Source of the DNA: Octopus bimaculoides | Lineage: Eukaryota | NCBI RefSeq assembly: GCF_001194135.2 | Contig: NC_069006.1 | Location: 16,317,766-16,381,765, forward strand | DNA length: 64,000 nt | Direction of reading: 5' to 3' | Part shown: piece by piece, positions 37,481-50,914 of the stretch | How positions within the stretch are numbered: the stretch's first letter is position 1 | Layout of the letters: the number at the start of each line of letters is the position of its first letter | Translations under genes and position numbers: made by a program | The notes under the pieces: model-generated | What the model was told of the DNA's origin: nothing | Databases searched by the model: none | The model's input: only the letters and a program-made list of their open reading frames with translations

Positions 37481-39254
37481 ATTCATTGCTTCTAACATAT
37501 GGTGGATGGCTGTGAATGAAAGAGGAGCTGTGATTATCAGTATCCTGTGTTTATCTCATGAGATTCTCAAGATCTGATCTTAACAAGCTAATCCTATGGT
37601 CGTCTTTAGTTTGTTAGAGAAGTGGAACGTTGATTATCAAAGAGATCAAAATACTAGACGAGAAGCTTGCCAGCAATAAATCTGAAATTCATGGCTTTTT
37701 TTTTTTTTTTTTTTNNNNNNNNNNNNNNNNNNNNNNNNNNNNNNNNNNNNNNNNNNNNNNNNNNNNNNNNNNNNNNNNNNNNNNNNNNNNNNNNNNNNNN
37801 NNNNNNNNNNNNNNNNNNNNNNNNNNNNNNNNNNNNNNNNNNNNNNNNNNNNNNNNNNNNNNNNNNNNNNNNNNNNNNNNNNNNNNNNNNNNNNNNNNNN
37901 NNNNNNNNNNNNNNNNNNNNNNNNNNNNNNNNNNNNNNNNNNNNNNNNNNNNNNNNNNNNNNNNNNNNNNNNNNNNNNNNNNNNNNNNNNNNNNNNNNNN
38001 NNNNNNNNNNNNNNNNNNNNNNNNNNNNNNNNNNNNNNNNNNNNNNNNNNNNNNNNNNNNNNNNNNNNNNNNNNNNNNNNNNNNNNNNNNNNNNNNNACA
38101 GCTCCTTTATAGGATCCAGTTAGCTCAAGACATCATCAGGAGGAACCACGTCCGGTTTCGGCCCCTACTCATCTACCGTTTTGACATGGCGCCCCCCCCC
38201 TTTCGGAGGTGTCTTCAGCTCTGGTGTTGGGTGCATGTCTTCTTTCTTCTTTTCCCTGGAACTCTTCGATGCAGCATCAACGAGTGTCAGCATCCGACTG
38301 ACTGTCTTGTCAAATTCCCCTTTTTATATCCTACCGCAGCAATTTATGAATCTTGATTTCTTTCATCCCTCTCCATCCCCTAACTGGTCTTGGAGACCAT
38401 AGTAAAGATCCTGCTTACTACCCAACCTTCTTATTCAACATCCTCTTCCCATTCCCGTAAGGGGTAGTAGTAAACAATGTTAGTGAGGTTGTGAACTCAA
38501 TACTGAATAAACCCACTGGAGCAGGCAATAACGTTGTCATTTTTCTGTCTATATTAAACTTGAATTTTGATGTTATGTTTTCTCACATCTAGATTTCCAA
38601 TGGTGTATTAATAAAATAGTCTTTAATTGGTTGATTACTTTAATTGATTGCAACTAAGCTGGGTTCCACTTGAAAGGTTTAATTGGTCATACAACATTAG
38701 TACATATTTTATCGTTTGTTTGTATTATTCTGTTAAGTTACTTGAATAAATGTAAACATGGACACAGACATATATATNNNNNNNNNNNNNNNNNNNNNNN
38801 NNNNNNNNNNNNNNNNNNNNNNNNNNNNNNNNNNNNNNNNNNNNNNNNNNNNNNNNNNNNNNNNNNNNNNNNNNNNNNNNNNNTATATATATATATATAT
38901 ATATATATATGCATTCACACACATATATACATGTAAGCACATAAATGCAGCAGAACATGAAGAATATAGTACCAAAGAAGAGGAAGAGTTAAACACAAGT
39001 GCATTCCAGAAATGTTGAGGCTTTTTAAGGAAAGCAAGTTACAACTTTCCTAGATTACTGCAATTTTTGTATACCATTACCATACATTTAATAAGCTGAC
39101 CTGCCAACTACTTTTTATAGCAGATTTAAAGGAGAAGACGGTAACAGCACTTAGAACACACCTTACTAAACACACACAGACTGTCACAGCTGACTAGTTT
39201 ACAAAGATGCAGTCAAGATATGCAGGCAATTTGGAAGTTTGTTGTTTCGGTAAT

Positions 39255-40110
39255 ACAATAAGGTGTTCAATAAAGTGATTTTACCTATTTAAACATATGG
39301 GCACAATCACAACAAAAACCTATGAAATGCTCCAGGCTGCTTATGGATTAACTTGCATGAGCCAAGCATCTGTTTTTTGCTGACACAAGTGGTTCAAACT
39401 TGATTGAGAGGAGATGAGAGACAATGAAACGTGTGGGAGGTTGAGGGAAGTCAAAACATCAGAGCTGGTTGAAAAAATTCACAATTTTCTGGATGATGAC
39501 TATCATGTGTCTAAAAAGACAAGAAGCATAGAGTTTGGAGTTTGTGTTGCAAATGTACACAGAATTAGTCATGAAAAGTTGAACATGTGCAAAATTTGTT
39601 TCCAGGATGCTCAGTAACAAATGGAAGGAAAGATGTGTTGGTGACAGCAAGGAGATGGTTGAGCTCATTACCTCCAATCCAAGAATACTTGAGTCTCTGT
39701 GACCTGTGATGAAAGCTGGATCTACTGATATGATCCAAAGACCAAAAGACACAGTGCCCAATCGAAGCATCCTGGCATCCCCAAGACCCAAGAAGATCAG
39801 GCAAAGCAAGTCTACCAGGAAGCTCATAATGGTACCCTTTTTCAACAGCAAGGGCATCCTCTACATTCACTGGGTTCCCACTAACCAGACAGTCCACAAA
39901 GAATATTTTGTGGGGGTTTTGTGAGAGTTTAGGAAGAGATTTTGTAGCATATGGCTAGAGCTCTTCCACTCAGGTCAGTGGTCCTGCCCCAGTTCACAAT
40001 TCCATCTTGGAGCCAACTACTTGACAGAGATGGGCATCAAAACTGCCCCCTCACCCTCCCTACATACCAGACTTGCTCCCTGTGACTTGGTTGTTCCCCA
40101 AATTGAAGGA
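39255..40110 (+). pseudogene. Mariner (DD34D) transposase pseudogene
   Basis: Frameshifted motifs TCDESWIY.YDPKTKR, SPRPKKIRQSKSTRKLIMVPFFNSKGILYIHWVPTNQTVHKEYF, APVHNSIL, HPPY.PDLAPCD. Confidence 0.9.
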
Positions 40111-41373
40111 GAATTTTCTAAGAGGATAGGGTGTACATTTAGGGATATTTAGCTACTACATTCTAACAATCAGATTAATTTATCAAATGAAATACTTATT
40201 TATCCACATTTTTTTTAATTAATCACATGTAGCTTCAAGATTTTGAAGATGTGATTGCTTTATTTTTAGAATGGCATTGTAAGTTATATGTGAGAGGCCT
40301 GATCTGGGAACATAAAAGTTTGAACATAAAAGAGGTAGAATATTTGGGCTGGATATGGCCAGTTTAGATGCTAAAATGTTAATACATCACTCACTTCAAC
40401 ATTATTACCTAGCTTTCAGGAGCCTTCAGTCTTTGTTCAAAGCATTCAAGCTAGCTCTGCAGTCTGGGAATAATTTTCTACCTTTCTTTCCACTGGTCAC
40501 AGAGGCTCTGAAAATAGTTGTGGATATTGCTCTTCCTCATTGGATTGAGCCATTTGAAAGAAAAAGATCAAGTAAGCAAAGAGAAACTCCTTTGCTGGCT
40601 CATCTAAGCAGTGTATTTCATTAGAAATATGTTCATGACAAGCTAAAAACAGAGGAAACTGTCAGTGAATCAAGTCTTCAGCATATATAGAGTTAATTCC
40701 AGTTCACTTGAGTTGTACGAACAGATTTTTTTATACCTAGCTTGCTCGAGTTATTTCATTCACATCAACAACTCACCAATGCCCTTGAGAAAGGTTCTAG
40801 TCTAAAGAACTTGCTGCTTCTCTGGAAATAGACAGATATGGCTTCATCAAGTCTGTATCAAAAATAAATTTTCTATAGAAGCTAATTGATTAATGTGTTT
40901 TAAACATTTAGGATTGTAGGTCACAAGTTCAAAAGCTACTGCAGGCATTGTATTTCATAGTTTCCTAATGTGTACGTGTGTGCGCGTGCACACACATGCT
41001 CATGCATACATGCATATGTATATGTATATCATCGTCGTCATCATTTTACATCTATTTTTACATGCTGATATGGGATGAATGTATCACAGTCTAAGCCAGT
41101 CCTTATTTGAAGTTAGTAGTTTCCTAAGTAAGTATCACTCATATTTTCCTCTTTCAATACTTTCTTTAGCCAGATGCTCCTCCTAATTCCAATCTATTTT
41201 ACCAAGTGCACGGAGTATGATTTACATAGCACCAGTACGAGAGCAGTTGTCTTGTTCCTGGCAATAATCAAAAAGTCTTGTCAACCATATGTTATCTCCA
41301 TTTGTTTTCCAAGCACTTTACAGAGTATACTACATGCATTTTAGTGTACCATCTTCACTAGAGCAATAGTTAT

Positions 41374-41560
41374 GTACAAAGGGCTGCTGGAAAGTTCCTG
41401 GTTTTAAGGATATCACAAAAGGCCTGGTTGGAGGCCCAATCCTCCAAGTTCTTTTACAGGCTTAGAAAATCTGAAGGACCACTGCAATAAGTGTGTGAAT
41501 CTGGGAGGGGGGGTATGTTAATTAAAATCATAATTAACTGATCCTCCCGTATTTTCTACC
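41374..41560. mobile_element. Mariner-derived MITE (family M)
   Basis: GGGCTGCTGGAAAGTTCCTGG TIR; retains a decayed transposase tail resembling L.KL.D.CNKCVNL.G.YV. Confidence 0.75.
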
Positions 41561-41877
41561 TCCTCATACATGGCAAAACTAAAGATACTTCTATATCCTA
41601 CAATGTCTCCATTTGTGCAAGGTGACTTGACCATGGGGGTGATCAAAGACAGTACAAGGGGAGAACACAGTGATGTGGATGAGAGTGTGAGAAAGGGGTC
41701 AGTAACAGGAAGGACAGGGACAAGGATTCAGGAAGAGGTATTTACAATGAATAATAGAGTAGAAAGTTATAAGAGGGAATAATAGATGATAACAATGAGT
41801 AACAGAAGGAATAATGACATAGAGAGAAAAGGAGAGACGGGAAGATAGCAATAAAGATGGGTAAGCTACAGGTAGCA

Positions 41878-42103
41878 TTAACCCTTTAGCATTTAAACCA
41901 GCCTTATCCAGCCAAAATATTTAACCTGTTTTATGTTGAAACTGGCCAGATCCAGCCTCTCACCTCTATCCTACAATGTTATTCTAAAACTAAACAATCA
42001 CATCTTTGAAATTTCAAAGCCATGAGAAACTGCATGATTAATTCAAAACAATATCAATAAACAAACATTATATTTGACGGAATAATTTGAACACTATGGT
42101 TAA
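41878..42103. mobile_element. piggyBac-like MITE (family E)
   Basis: TTAACCCTTTAGCATTTAAACC start. Confidence 0.8.
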
Positions 42104-42419
42104 AGATGAGTGATGTAAAGCAAGATTGTTAGGTATCAATAATGAGTGATTGAGTGAGAAGTAATGAGGGGAAGAGAGGAAAGAGAGCAAGAGAGAGACA
42201 GAGTGATGATTAGCAATAAAGAGGATTGATGGAAGAGGGGTGAATGCAATACCATCTGTTGTTACATAGACGAAATGTTGGGAAAAAGACTGAGTAATAG
42301 TAGGGAGCCACTTCGATAGGAGAGTGATACAAAGAAAGGGAGAGAGAAGATGGAAATTGTCTATGAGCATAGTAGGTGAAAGGTTCCAAATGTAGATGTT
42401 ATACATACCAGCAGTTATC

Positions 42420-42456
<37 letters not shown>

Positions 42457-42974
42457 ACATATACATACACAACTGATAAAATACTCACACACCACGAACA
42501 CTTGCAAACAAAGAGATTTGAACAGAAAAAGTTCTAATTCAATCTTCACAGATTAGCTATAAATTAACAATAGATTAGCAAATCAATTTGATTTACATTT
42601 TGTTCTCAGCATTAACAAATGGGTGTGTGTATTCATGCTCATTAATTCAAATCATCTATAAGTTTAGGTGACACATTGGCAGAATGTTGAACATAAGACA
42701 AAAATGCCTTGTTATTTGTTCCCCACTCTTAACATTCTGAGCTCAAATCCTGCAACGGTCAACTTCACCTTTCCTCTTGTGAGATCAATAAAATAAAGTA
42801 CCAGTCCAGGGCGATGGATTAACAAAATTAACCCTTTAGCAAACAGATTACTCTGTCAAATGATAAAAGTGTCGAACATGTGACCAGTAGCTCAATATTG
42901 CAAACCTTACATAATAATGATTGTTTGTTTCTTTAACATACACTGCCATTCAAGAAAGTTGTTTTCACCAACTT

Positions 42975-43266
42975 ATGGCTCACAGTCTTGAGGTCATGAG
43001 ATTGATTTGCAATGGTGCACTGTGTCCTTCAGCAAGACACTTTATTTCATGTTGCTCCAGTCCATTCAGTTGGCAAAAATGAGCAGTACCTGTAATTCAT
43101 TGGGCCAGCCTTGTTACATCTTGTCATGCTGAATCTCTCTTGAGAACTACGTTAAGGGTATGTGTGTCTGTGGAATGCTCAGCCACTTGCACCTTAATTT
43201 CACAAGCAGGCTGCCCCGTTGATTGGTTCAACTAGAGGCCTCATCGTTGTAACTGATGGAGTGCCA
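42975..43266 (+). mobile_element. SINE family G
   Basis: CAAGACACTTTATTTCATGTTGCTCCAGTCC followed by family-A tail ending GATGGAGTGCCA. Confidence 0.75.
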
Positions 43267-43464
43267 TACCACAATATAGTAAAACATACTTATCTAGTGT
43301 AAACACAAAAGTGCATATAAGACTCTTAAACTTGAATATATCAAAGAGTTCTCTTATATTCATTACTGTTATCTCTTCATGCTTGTTTAGAGTTTATGAA
43401 ACCTCTAAATATTAATGAGATGTCATCTGAATGATAATGAATGAATTAGTATATGTATAAAACA

Positions 43465-43842
43465 TTTATCTTTTATCTTTTACTTGTTTCAGTCATTAGA
43501 CTGCTGCCATGCTGGGGCACCACCTTGACAAACTTTTAGTGAAATGGATCGACTCCAGCGCATTTTTTTTTTTAAGCCTATTAATTATTCTATTGCTAAA
43601 CCACTAAGTTACAGAGACGTAAACACACCAGCAGTAGTGGGGGTAAAACACAGACATAGACACATACATACACATATATGACAGGCTTCTTTTAGTTTCC
43701 ATTTACCAAATCCACTCACAAAGCTTTGGTCGGCCCAAGGCTACAGTAGAAGACATTTGCCCAAGGTGTCACACAGTGGGACTGAACCCAGAACTATGTG
43801 GTTGGGAAGTAAGTTTCTTACCACACAGCCACACTTGCACCT
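43465..43842 (-). mobile_element. SINE family B
   Basis: Complete tail-to-head match. Confidence 0.85.
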
Positions 43843-44586
43843 ATATATGTATATATTAAAGTCCTATGAGAGTAGAAAGATGGAGGATTTCAAATGCAGC
43901 ACTTAACCCAAGCTTGAGGCTATCTTAAATTGTAGTCAGAAGTAAGATCAAAATCTTTCAAGTGTAGAAAATCCAGATGTCACCTTGATAAATCCTACTG
44001 TGTGGGTTTAACAAAGAGTAAACTATAATCCTTATCTGAAGACAAAGAAAGAGTTTATCAATTCTTTAATGACCAGTTACAATTGTTTCTGAATCAGCTC
44101 TATTTTAAATGCCAATTCACACAAAATTCCACATGAAAGTTACGTAATATTTACAGTTTTAAACATGAGAGTGGCACTTTGAGCAAACTTGCATCAAAGG
44201 TGTGCTCTTATATTGTGCATCTGCAAGTGTTGTGTCAGATTAAGAGGAAACAAGATAAAGATAAAAATAGAAGTATGAAATCACAAACAAGGTAAATACA
44301 ATGTTAATACCAAAGCAGATTAAAATATGGGGTAGGAGAAGGATAGCATAATGATTTCCTGCTCTTTTGTTCGTATTTCTAGAACCAGAGTTGTAATGTC
44401 AATGTATACCATGGAATGCACTGAAGAGGTGCCCAACACATCCAAACCAACAAGGAAGTTTGTATAAGGTTTAATGAAATATTAGAAATAGCAGCTAAAT
44501 CTCACTGACACTGCATCTTGTACCTTAAAATAAAGAAGGAACCTTAGATAGTATGGTCTTAGTTCTACAAAAATATAGAAATATAT

Positions 44587-45266
44587 AGGCGTAGGAGTGG
44601 CTGTGTGGTAAGTAGCTTGCTTACCAACCACATGGTTCAGGGTTCAGTCCCACTGCATGGCACCTTGGGCAAGTGTCTTCTACTATAGCCTCGGGCTGAC
44701 CAAAGCCTTGTGAGTGGATTTGGTAGATGGAAACTGAAAGAAGCCCGTCGTATATATATATATATNNNNNNNNNNNNNNNNNNNNNNNNNNNNNNNNNNN
44801 NNNNNNNNNNNNNNNNNNNNNNNNNNNNNNNNNNNNNNNNNNNNNNNNNNNNNNNNNNNNNNNNNNNNNNNNNNNNNNNNNNNNNNNNNNNNNNNNNNNN
44901 NNNNNNNNNNNNNNNNNNNNNNNNNNNNNNNNNNNNNNNNNNNNNNNNNNNNNNNNNNNNNNNNNNNNNNNNNNNNNNNNNNNNNNNNNNNNNNNNNNNN
45001 NNNNNNNNNNNNNNNNNNNNNNNNNNNNNNNNNNNNNNNNTATATATTTGTGTTTGTCCCCCACCCCCACCCCGCAACACCGCTTGACAACCGATGCTGG
45101 TGTGTTTACATCTCTGTATCTTAGAGGTTCAGTAAAAGAGACCGATAGAATAAGTACTAGACTTACAAACAATAAGTCCTGGGGTCAATTTACTCGTCTA
45201 AAAGTGGTGCTCCAGCATGGCCGCAGTCAAATGACTGAAACAAGTAAAAGAGAGTAAAAAGAGAGT
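44587..45266 (+). mobile_element. SINE family B with assembly gap in its internal (TA)n
   Basis: AGGCGTAGGAGTGGC head; tail resumes after N run 44766-45040. Confidence 0.9.
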
Positions 45267-45447
45267 ATAACCATAAAAACACTGCCTGAACAAAAAAAAA
45301 AAAAACAAGATGGCCATGGCTGGAATTCCTTTCATTAAAGACTTGCTTGATTAGCTCATTCTGGTACTGAACAGTATCAACGGCTGCCATGGCTTACACA
45401 TCCACCTTGTGTGTGTATACCAATGGAATTGTCTTTCCTCTTAACAT

Positions 45448-45829
45448 GGCTGGCACTCTGTTGCTTATGACGTCAAGGGTTCCAGTTGATCCGATCAACG
45501 GAACAGCCTGCTTGTGAAATTAACGTGCAAGTGGCTGAGCACTCCACAGACACGTGTACCCTTAACGTAATTCTCGGGGATATTCAGCGTGACACAGTGT
45601 GACAAGGCTGACCCTTTGAATTACAGGCACAACAGAAACAGGAAGTGAGAGTGAGAGAAAGTTGGGGTGAAAGAGTACAGCAGGGTTCACCACCATCCCC
45701 TGCCAGAGCGTCGTGGAGCTTTAGGTGTTTTCGCTCAATAAACACTCACAACGCCCGGTCTGGGAATCGAAACCGCGATCCTATGACCGCGAGTCCGCTG
45801 CCCTAACCACTGGGCCATTGCGCCTCCAC
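45448..45829 (-). mobile_element. Full-length SINE family A
   Basis: TSD TCCTCTTAACAT / TCCTCTTGACAT at 45436-45447 and 45830-45841. Confidence 0.9.
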
Positions 45830-46921
45830 TCCTCTTGACATACATCTTACAATATATCTGGTATCTAGCTGTGTATTCAATTCAGCTGTTGCACTCCGAC
45901 TTTCACCCCAGTTAATACTGCACACTCAACAGACCTCATTCAACTAATTTCTTTTTCAATAGTTGGACATCCACAGCATTACAATGGAGAAACAGAATAT
46001 AGATTACAGTGGTAATCTTTAAATAATGTTGTCATCATGTTAAAAACATTAAATGGTTTACACACATAACAAGTTTTAATAGAGTTGAAATAGCAATTGA
46101 TATTCAATGTTAAAATGTTGCAGCAGCTGTGATTTTGAAAGGGTTAAAAGCACAACAATTTCATTCTCATTTCTCGGCTCTTATCAAAGGACATAATTAA
46201 TTCTTATCCTTCTAAGGTCACATAAGATAAAGACACAGCTTCGATATAATTTGCATTTATGATGGAAGAAATATGATGCGCTAATAGCAACAGCACACAG
46301 CTTTCAATTCATTGATAACTCTATTTTACACAGTATGTCACCTCCAGTTGTTTCTAAATTTGTTACCAAGAAAAGAATCACATTTATCTGGCTCAGATTA
46401 TCTCTCAAACTTTTATTTCATGTCCTTTGTCATATTATTTTAGTGAAATTGTTTTATTACACACAAACCCCCCCCCCCCCAACAAAACAGCATCTTATTG
46501 AATTTCTTTAGTTTGTGATTTGACCTAAGAGCATGCACTGAGAAGTTAGAATATATTGTGGTAGAGTCATTGTAACAATTAAATCAGAATCCGTATGATT
46601 TAACCCTTTAGCATTCAAATTTCTCTGTCAAATGTATTGCTTATTTGTTCACATTGTTTTGAATTACTTCTGCATTATTTTGTAGCTTTGAGATTTCAAT
46701 GACGTGGTTGCATATTTTTAGAATGGCTTTGTAGGGTAGGTGTGAGAGACCTGATCAAGCTTCCTACCACATAAATTTGTTTCCACATATACAACAGAAA
46801 ACCAACATAAATTACAATAGGAAATTTTCACATGCACACTTTTGAATAAGGCGTTCCAACATGGCCTTGGCCACATGGTTAAAACTAAAAAAAAAAGCAT
46901 GTAAAAAAAAAAATTGTTGTA

Positions 46922-47262
46922 TAGCTGGTATGGCTCAGTAGTCAGAGTGTCAGGCTGACAATCATGAGCTAGAGAGTTCGATTGCCAGACTGGGAGTGTG
47001 TTGTGGTCTTGAGCAAGACACTTTATTTCACATTGTTCTAGTTCACTCAGCTGTAGAAATGAGTCGCAACTTCACTGGTGCCAAGCTGTATTGGCCCCTT
47101 TGCCTTCCCCTTGGATAACATCTGTGGCATGGAGAGGAGAGGTTGGTAAGCATGGGCAACTGCTGGTCTTTCGTAAACAACTTTGCCTGGATTTATGCCT
47201 TGGAGGGGAACTTTCTACATGCAATCCCATGGCCATTCATGACCAAAGAGTGTCTTTATCCT
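46922..47262 (+). mobile_element. SINE family I (G-like head and domain, different tail)
   Basis: TATGGCTCAGTAGTCAG..GAGTTCGATTGCC head; TTGAGCAAGACACTTTATTTCAC domain; tail unrelated to family A. Confidence 0.65.
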
Positions 47263-47363
47263 TTCTTTTAGCCAACCCCAAATCAGTCCCAATCAAAAGT
47301 ATTCTCACCATGGCCATGCTGTGTTTTATTTCAATCTAATGTGATCTGATTTTCTTAAGATTC

Positions 47364-47735
47364 ATCATCATCATCATCATCATCATCGTCGTTTAACATC
47401 CGCTTTCCATGCTAGCATGGGTTGGACGATTTGACTGAGGACTGGTGAAACCAGATGGCAACACCAGGCTCCAATCTGATTTGGCACAGTTTCTACAGCT
47501 GGATGCCCTTCCTAACGCCAACGACTCCGAGAGTGAAGTGGGTGCTTTTACGTGCCACCGGCACAAAGGCCAGTCAGGCGGTACTGGCAACAGCCACGCT
47601 CAAAATGGTGTATTTTATGTGCCACCCGCACAAGAGCCAGTCCAGGGGCACTGGCAACGATCTCGCTCGAAAGTCCTTACACATGCCACGGGCACAAGTG
47701 CCAGAAAGGCAACACTGGGCACAGGTGCCATCCCG
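47364..47735 (-). mobile_element. RTE 3' UTR (family D), young
   Basis: (CAT)n tail and full D body. Confidence 0.9.
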
Positions 47736-48113
47736 ATTCTAGAATATAATTTAAAAGAGATGTAGCTGCTTGTTCTTATTTCTAGCATATCATGCAACCA
47801 CTAGAAACCTCCTTACTGGCCTCAAATTCTGTAGCATGTTGCAGTTAAGAAGGAAAGAGATTAAGAGATTTCCAGAATAAAGCACCTGCAGCAGAAAGCG
47901 AACTGAAAACTCACTGTGATGGTGAACATCCAAGATAGTAAATGAGAACAAACAAGCTCTCTTCTACAGTTGATGTTGATTACAAGTAAAAAATGAATAT
48001 TTAATTCTAAAAAAAGTACAGCGCATCAGGCTGAAAACAAATTAGCCAGTTTTAGCCAACAATTTTCTGTTCAGTAAATCAAGATCCAAGATAATTACCA
48101 CATTTCTAAACAA

Positions 48114-48170
48114 TGATGATGATGGTGGTGGTGGTGGTGGTGGTGGTGGTGGTGGTTGTTCTGGTGGTGG

Positions 48171-48205
<35 letters not shown>

Positions 48206-48610
48206 TGGAAGGTGGGGAGGAGGAGAGGGGAAGAGGAAGAAGAAAAAGAGGAAAAGGAGAAAAGGAGAAGAAAGAGAAAGTGGAGGAGGAAGAGAAAGCG
48301 GAGGAGGAAGAGAAAGCGGAGGAGGAAGAGAAAGCGGAGGAGGAAGAAGAGGATGAAGGGAGGAGGAAGTGTAAGGAGGGAGGAGGAAGTGGAAGAAGGG
48401 AGGAGGAAGTGGAAGAAGGGAGGAGGAGAGAAGGAAGTGGAGGAGGAGGGGGAAGGAAGGAATAGAGGAGAAAGAGGAGGAATGAAGTTAATGAGGAGAA
48501 AGGGTAGGAGAGGAGACAGAAGAGGAAGAGGACGAGAAAGAAGACGAGAAAGAGGAGTAATAGGGGAGAAGAGGAGGAAAATGAGAGAAGTGGAAGGCAA
48601 GAGAGAACAA
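48114..48610. repeat. (GGT)n, (GAT)n and GA-rich low-complexity tract with 18-bp unit GGAGGAGGAAGAGAAAGC x3
   Basis: Direct reading. Confidence 0.9.
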
Positions 48611-49237
48611 TGACTTTAATAATAATAATAATAATGGCTTTGCCTTTAAATGAAGTCCAATTTTGGAATTGAAGAAAAATTAGGAATAACCAATTACTTG
48701 AAGCAATCTTTGGTAAATACGTCATTAAAAGAAATAATGAGTCTGTTATTTTTTTAATTTTTCTGTTTTTATCTTTAGGTATTTTAGTTAATAATCACTG
48801 ATTAACAACAAGCTAATTAAAGGTGATTCTTTATAATTAAAACAAAATATTAAAACTTTTTTTAAAAATTCATGATGGTAAAACAAAATATATAATTTTT
48901 ATTTTTTTTTTAAGAATATCAGAACTTCATTAATAAAGAAAATATTATCTTGATCGTTATCCTTTTATTTTCATGTGAATATGGACTATAATGAGTGTGT
49001 GAAAACTTTCAACTCAAAGCTATCTATGTAATCCAACCCAACATCAATCTATCATTGAGACTTAACTTTCTAAAGATTTTATCCAACCACATCTTATGCC
49101 ACCAGCAACACATCACATCCTCAGTTTCCACTTTGAAAATGAATTCAAAATGTAAATAGTTAGTACCTAGAGAAGTGGTTCTGCACTGGTGTGCCATGGA
49201 GTTTAAAAGATATAATTTAGGATTTTAGAAAATTCAT

Positions 49238-49399
49238 GTTCAGGAGTGGCTGTGTGGTAAGTAGCTTGCTTAACAACCACATGGTTCTGGGTTCAGTCCC
49301 ACTGCATGGCACCTTGGGCAAGTGTCTTCTACTATAGCCTCGGGCCAACTAAAGCCTTGTGAGTGGATATGGTAGACGGAAACTGAAAGAAGCCTGTCG

Positions 49400-49442
<43 letters not shown>

Positions 49443-49554
49443 ATATGTTTGTGTGTCTGTGTTTATTCCCCCCCCCCAACATTGCTTGACAACCAATGTT
49501 GGTGTGTCTACGGCCCCGTAACTTTTGCAGTTCAGCAAAAGAGACCGATAGAAT
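49238..49554 (+). mobile_element. SINE family B (tail in gap)
   Basis: CAGGAGTGGCTGTGTGGTAAG head; internal (TA)n(TG)n. Confidence 0.9.
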
Positions 49555-50326
49555 NNNNNNNNNNNNNNNNNNNNNNNNNNNNNNNNNNNNNNNNNNNNNN
49601 NNNNNNNNNNNNNNNNNNNNNNNNNNNNNNNNNNNNNNNNNNNNNNNNNNNNNNNNNNNNNNNNNNNNNNNNNNNNNNNNNNNNNNNNNNNNNNNNNNNN
49701 NNNNNNNNNNNNNNNNNNNNNNNNNNNNNNNNNNNNNNNNNNNNNNNNNNNNNNNNNNNNNNNNNNNNNNNNNNNNNNNNNNNNNNNNNNNNNNNNNNNN
49801 NNNNNNNNNNNNNNNNNNNNNNNNNNNNNNNNNNNNNNNNNNNNNNNNNNNNNNNNNNNNNNNNNNNNNNNNNNNNNNNNNNNNNNNNNNNNNNNNNNNN
49901 NNNNNNNNNNNNNNNNNNNNNNNNNNNNNNNNNNNNNNNNNNNNNNNNNNNNNNNNNNNNNNNNNNNNNNNNNNNNNNNNNNNNNNNNNNNNNNNNNNNN
50001 NNNNNNNNNNNNNNNNNNNNNNNNNNNNNNNNNNNNNNNNNNNNNNNNNNNNNNNNNNNNNNNNNNNNNNNNNNNNNNNNNNNNNNNNNNNNNNNNNNNN
50101 NNNNNNNNNNNNNNNNNNNNNNNNNNNNNNNNNNNNNNNNNNNNNNNNNNNNNNNNNNNNNNNNNNNNNNNNNNNNNNNNNNNNNNNNNNNNNNNNNNNN
50201 NNNNNNNNNNNNNNNNNNNNNNNNNNNNNNNNNNNNNNNNNNNNNNNNNNNNNNNNNNNNNNNNNNNNNNNNNNNNNNNNNNNNNNNNNNNNNNNNNNNN
50301 NNNNNNNNNNNNNNNNNNNNNNNNNN

Positions 50327-50440
50327 GTGATGAGGGCGGTGGTGATGAGGGCGGTGGTGATGAGGGCGGTGGTGATGAGGGTGGTGGTGATGAGGGTGGT
50401 GGTGATGAGGGTGGTGGTGATGAGGGTGGTGGTGATGATT
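50327..50440. repeat. 15-bp minisatellite GGTGGTGATGAGGG(C/T), 7 or more units, running into gap
   Basis: Direct reading. Confidence 0.9.
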
Positions 50441-50874
50441 TCTTTTATTTGCTACAGGGGAATGAGATGAGGGATGACACTAGAATGTGTGTGGAGGTTT
50501 ACATAAAAGATAAAGGGGAAAAAAAGAGATAAGAAGGGGAAATGAGGTAAAAAGTATTCATGATTTGTAAACTATGTAAACACATGGATAACGCAGTCCT
50601 CCTGATACAAGAAAGCTTCTAACAAGGACCAATCAAGAAACTGCATGCATCCAGGATGACCCTGACCAATGAAGGCACAAACCCCTCACCCCCACCCAAC
50701 TATTGTTTCCCAATCTACTAGTGTGCGTACCATTTACAATAACCATTTTTTCCATAGTCACTAACCTTTTGACAAATTCACTTGGGGAGCAAACTTGTAT
50801 AATCTTTGTTACAGGTGGATGGTGGGGAGATCCTCCAGATGGATTCAGGCAATAACCACATTCATCCTACATAT

Positions 50875-50914
<40 letters not shown>

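Noticed and set aside
40355-40680. 89-aa plus ORF and a minus-strand acceptor-like site
   Set aside because: The ORF starts inside a MITE, no frame spans a consistent acceptor-donor pair, and no protein family is recognisable.
48042-48725. Glu/Arg- or Ser/Pro-rich ORFs up to 227 aa
   Set aside because: Purine-rich low-complexity tract open in several frames on both strands; no splice signals or domain.
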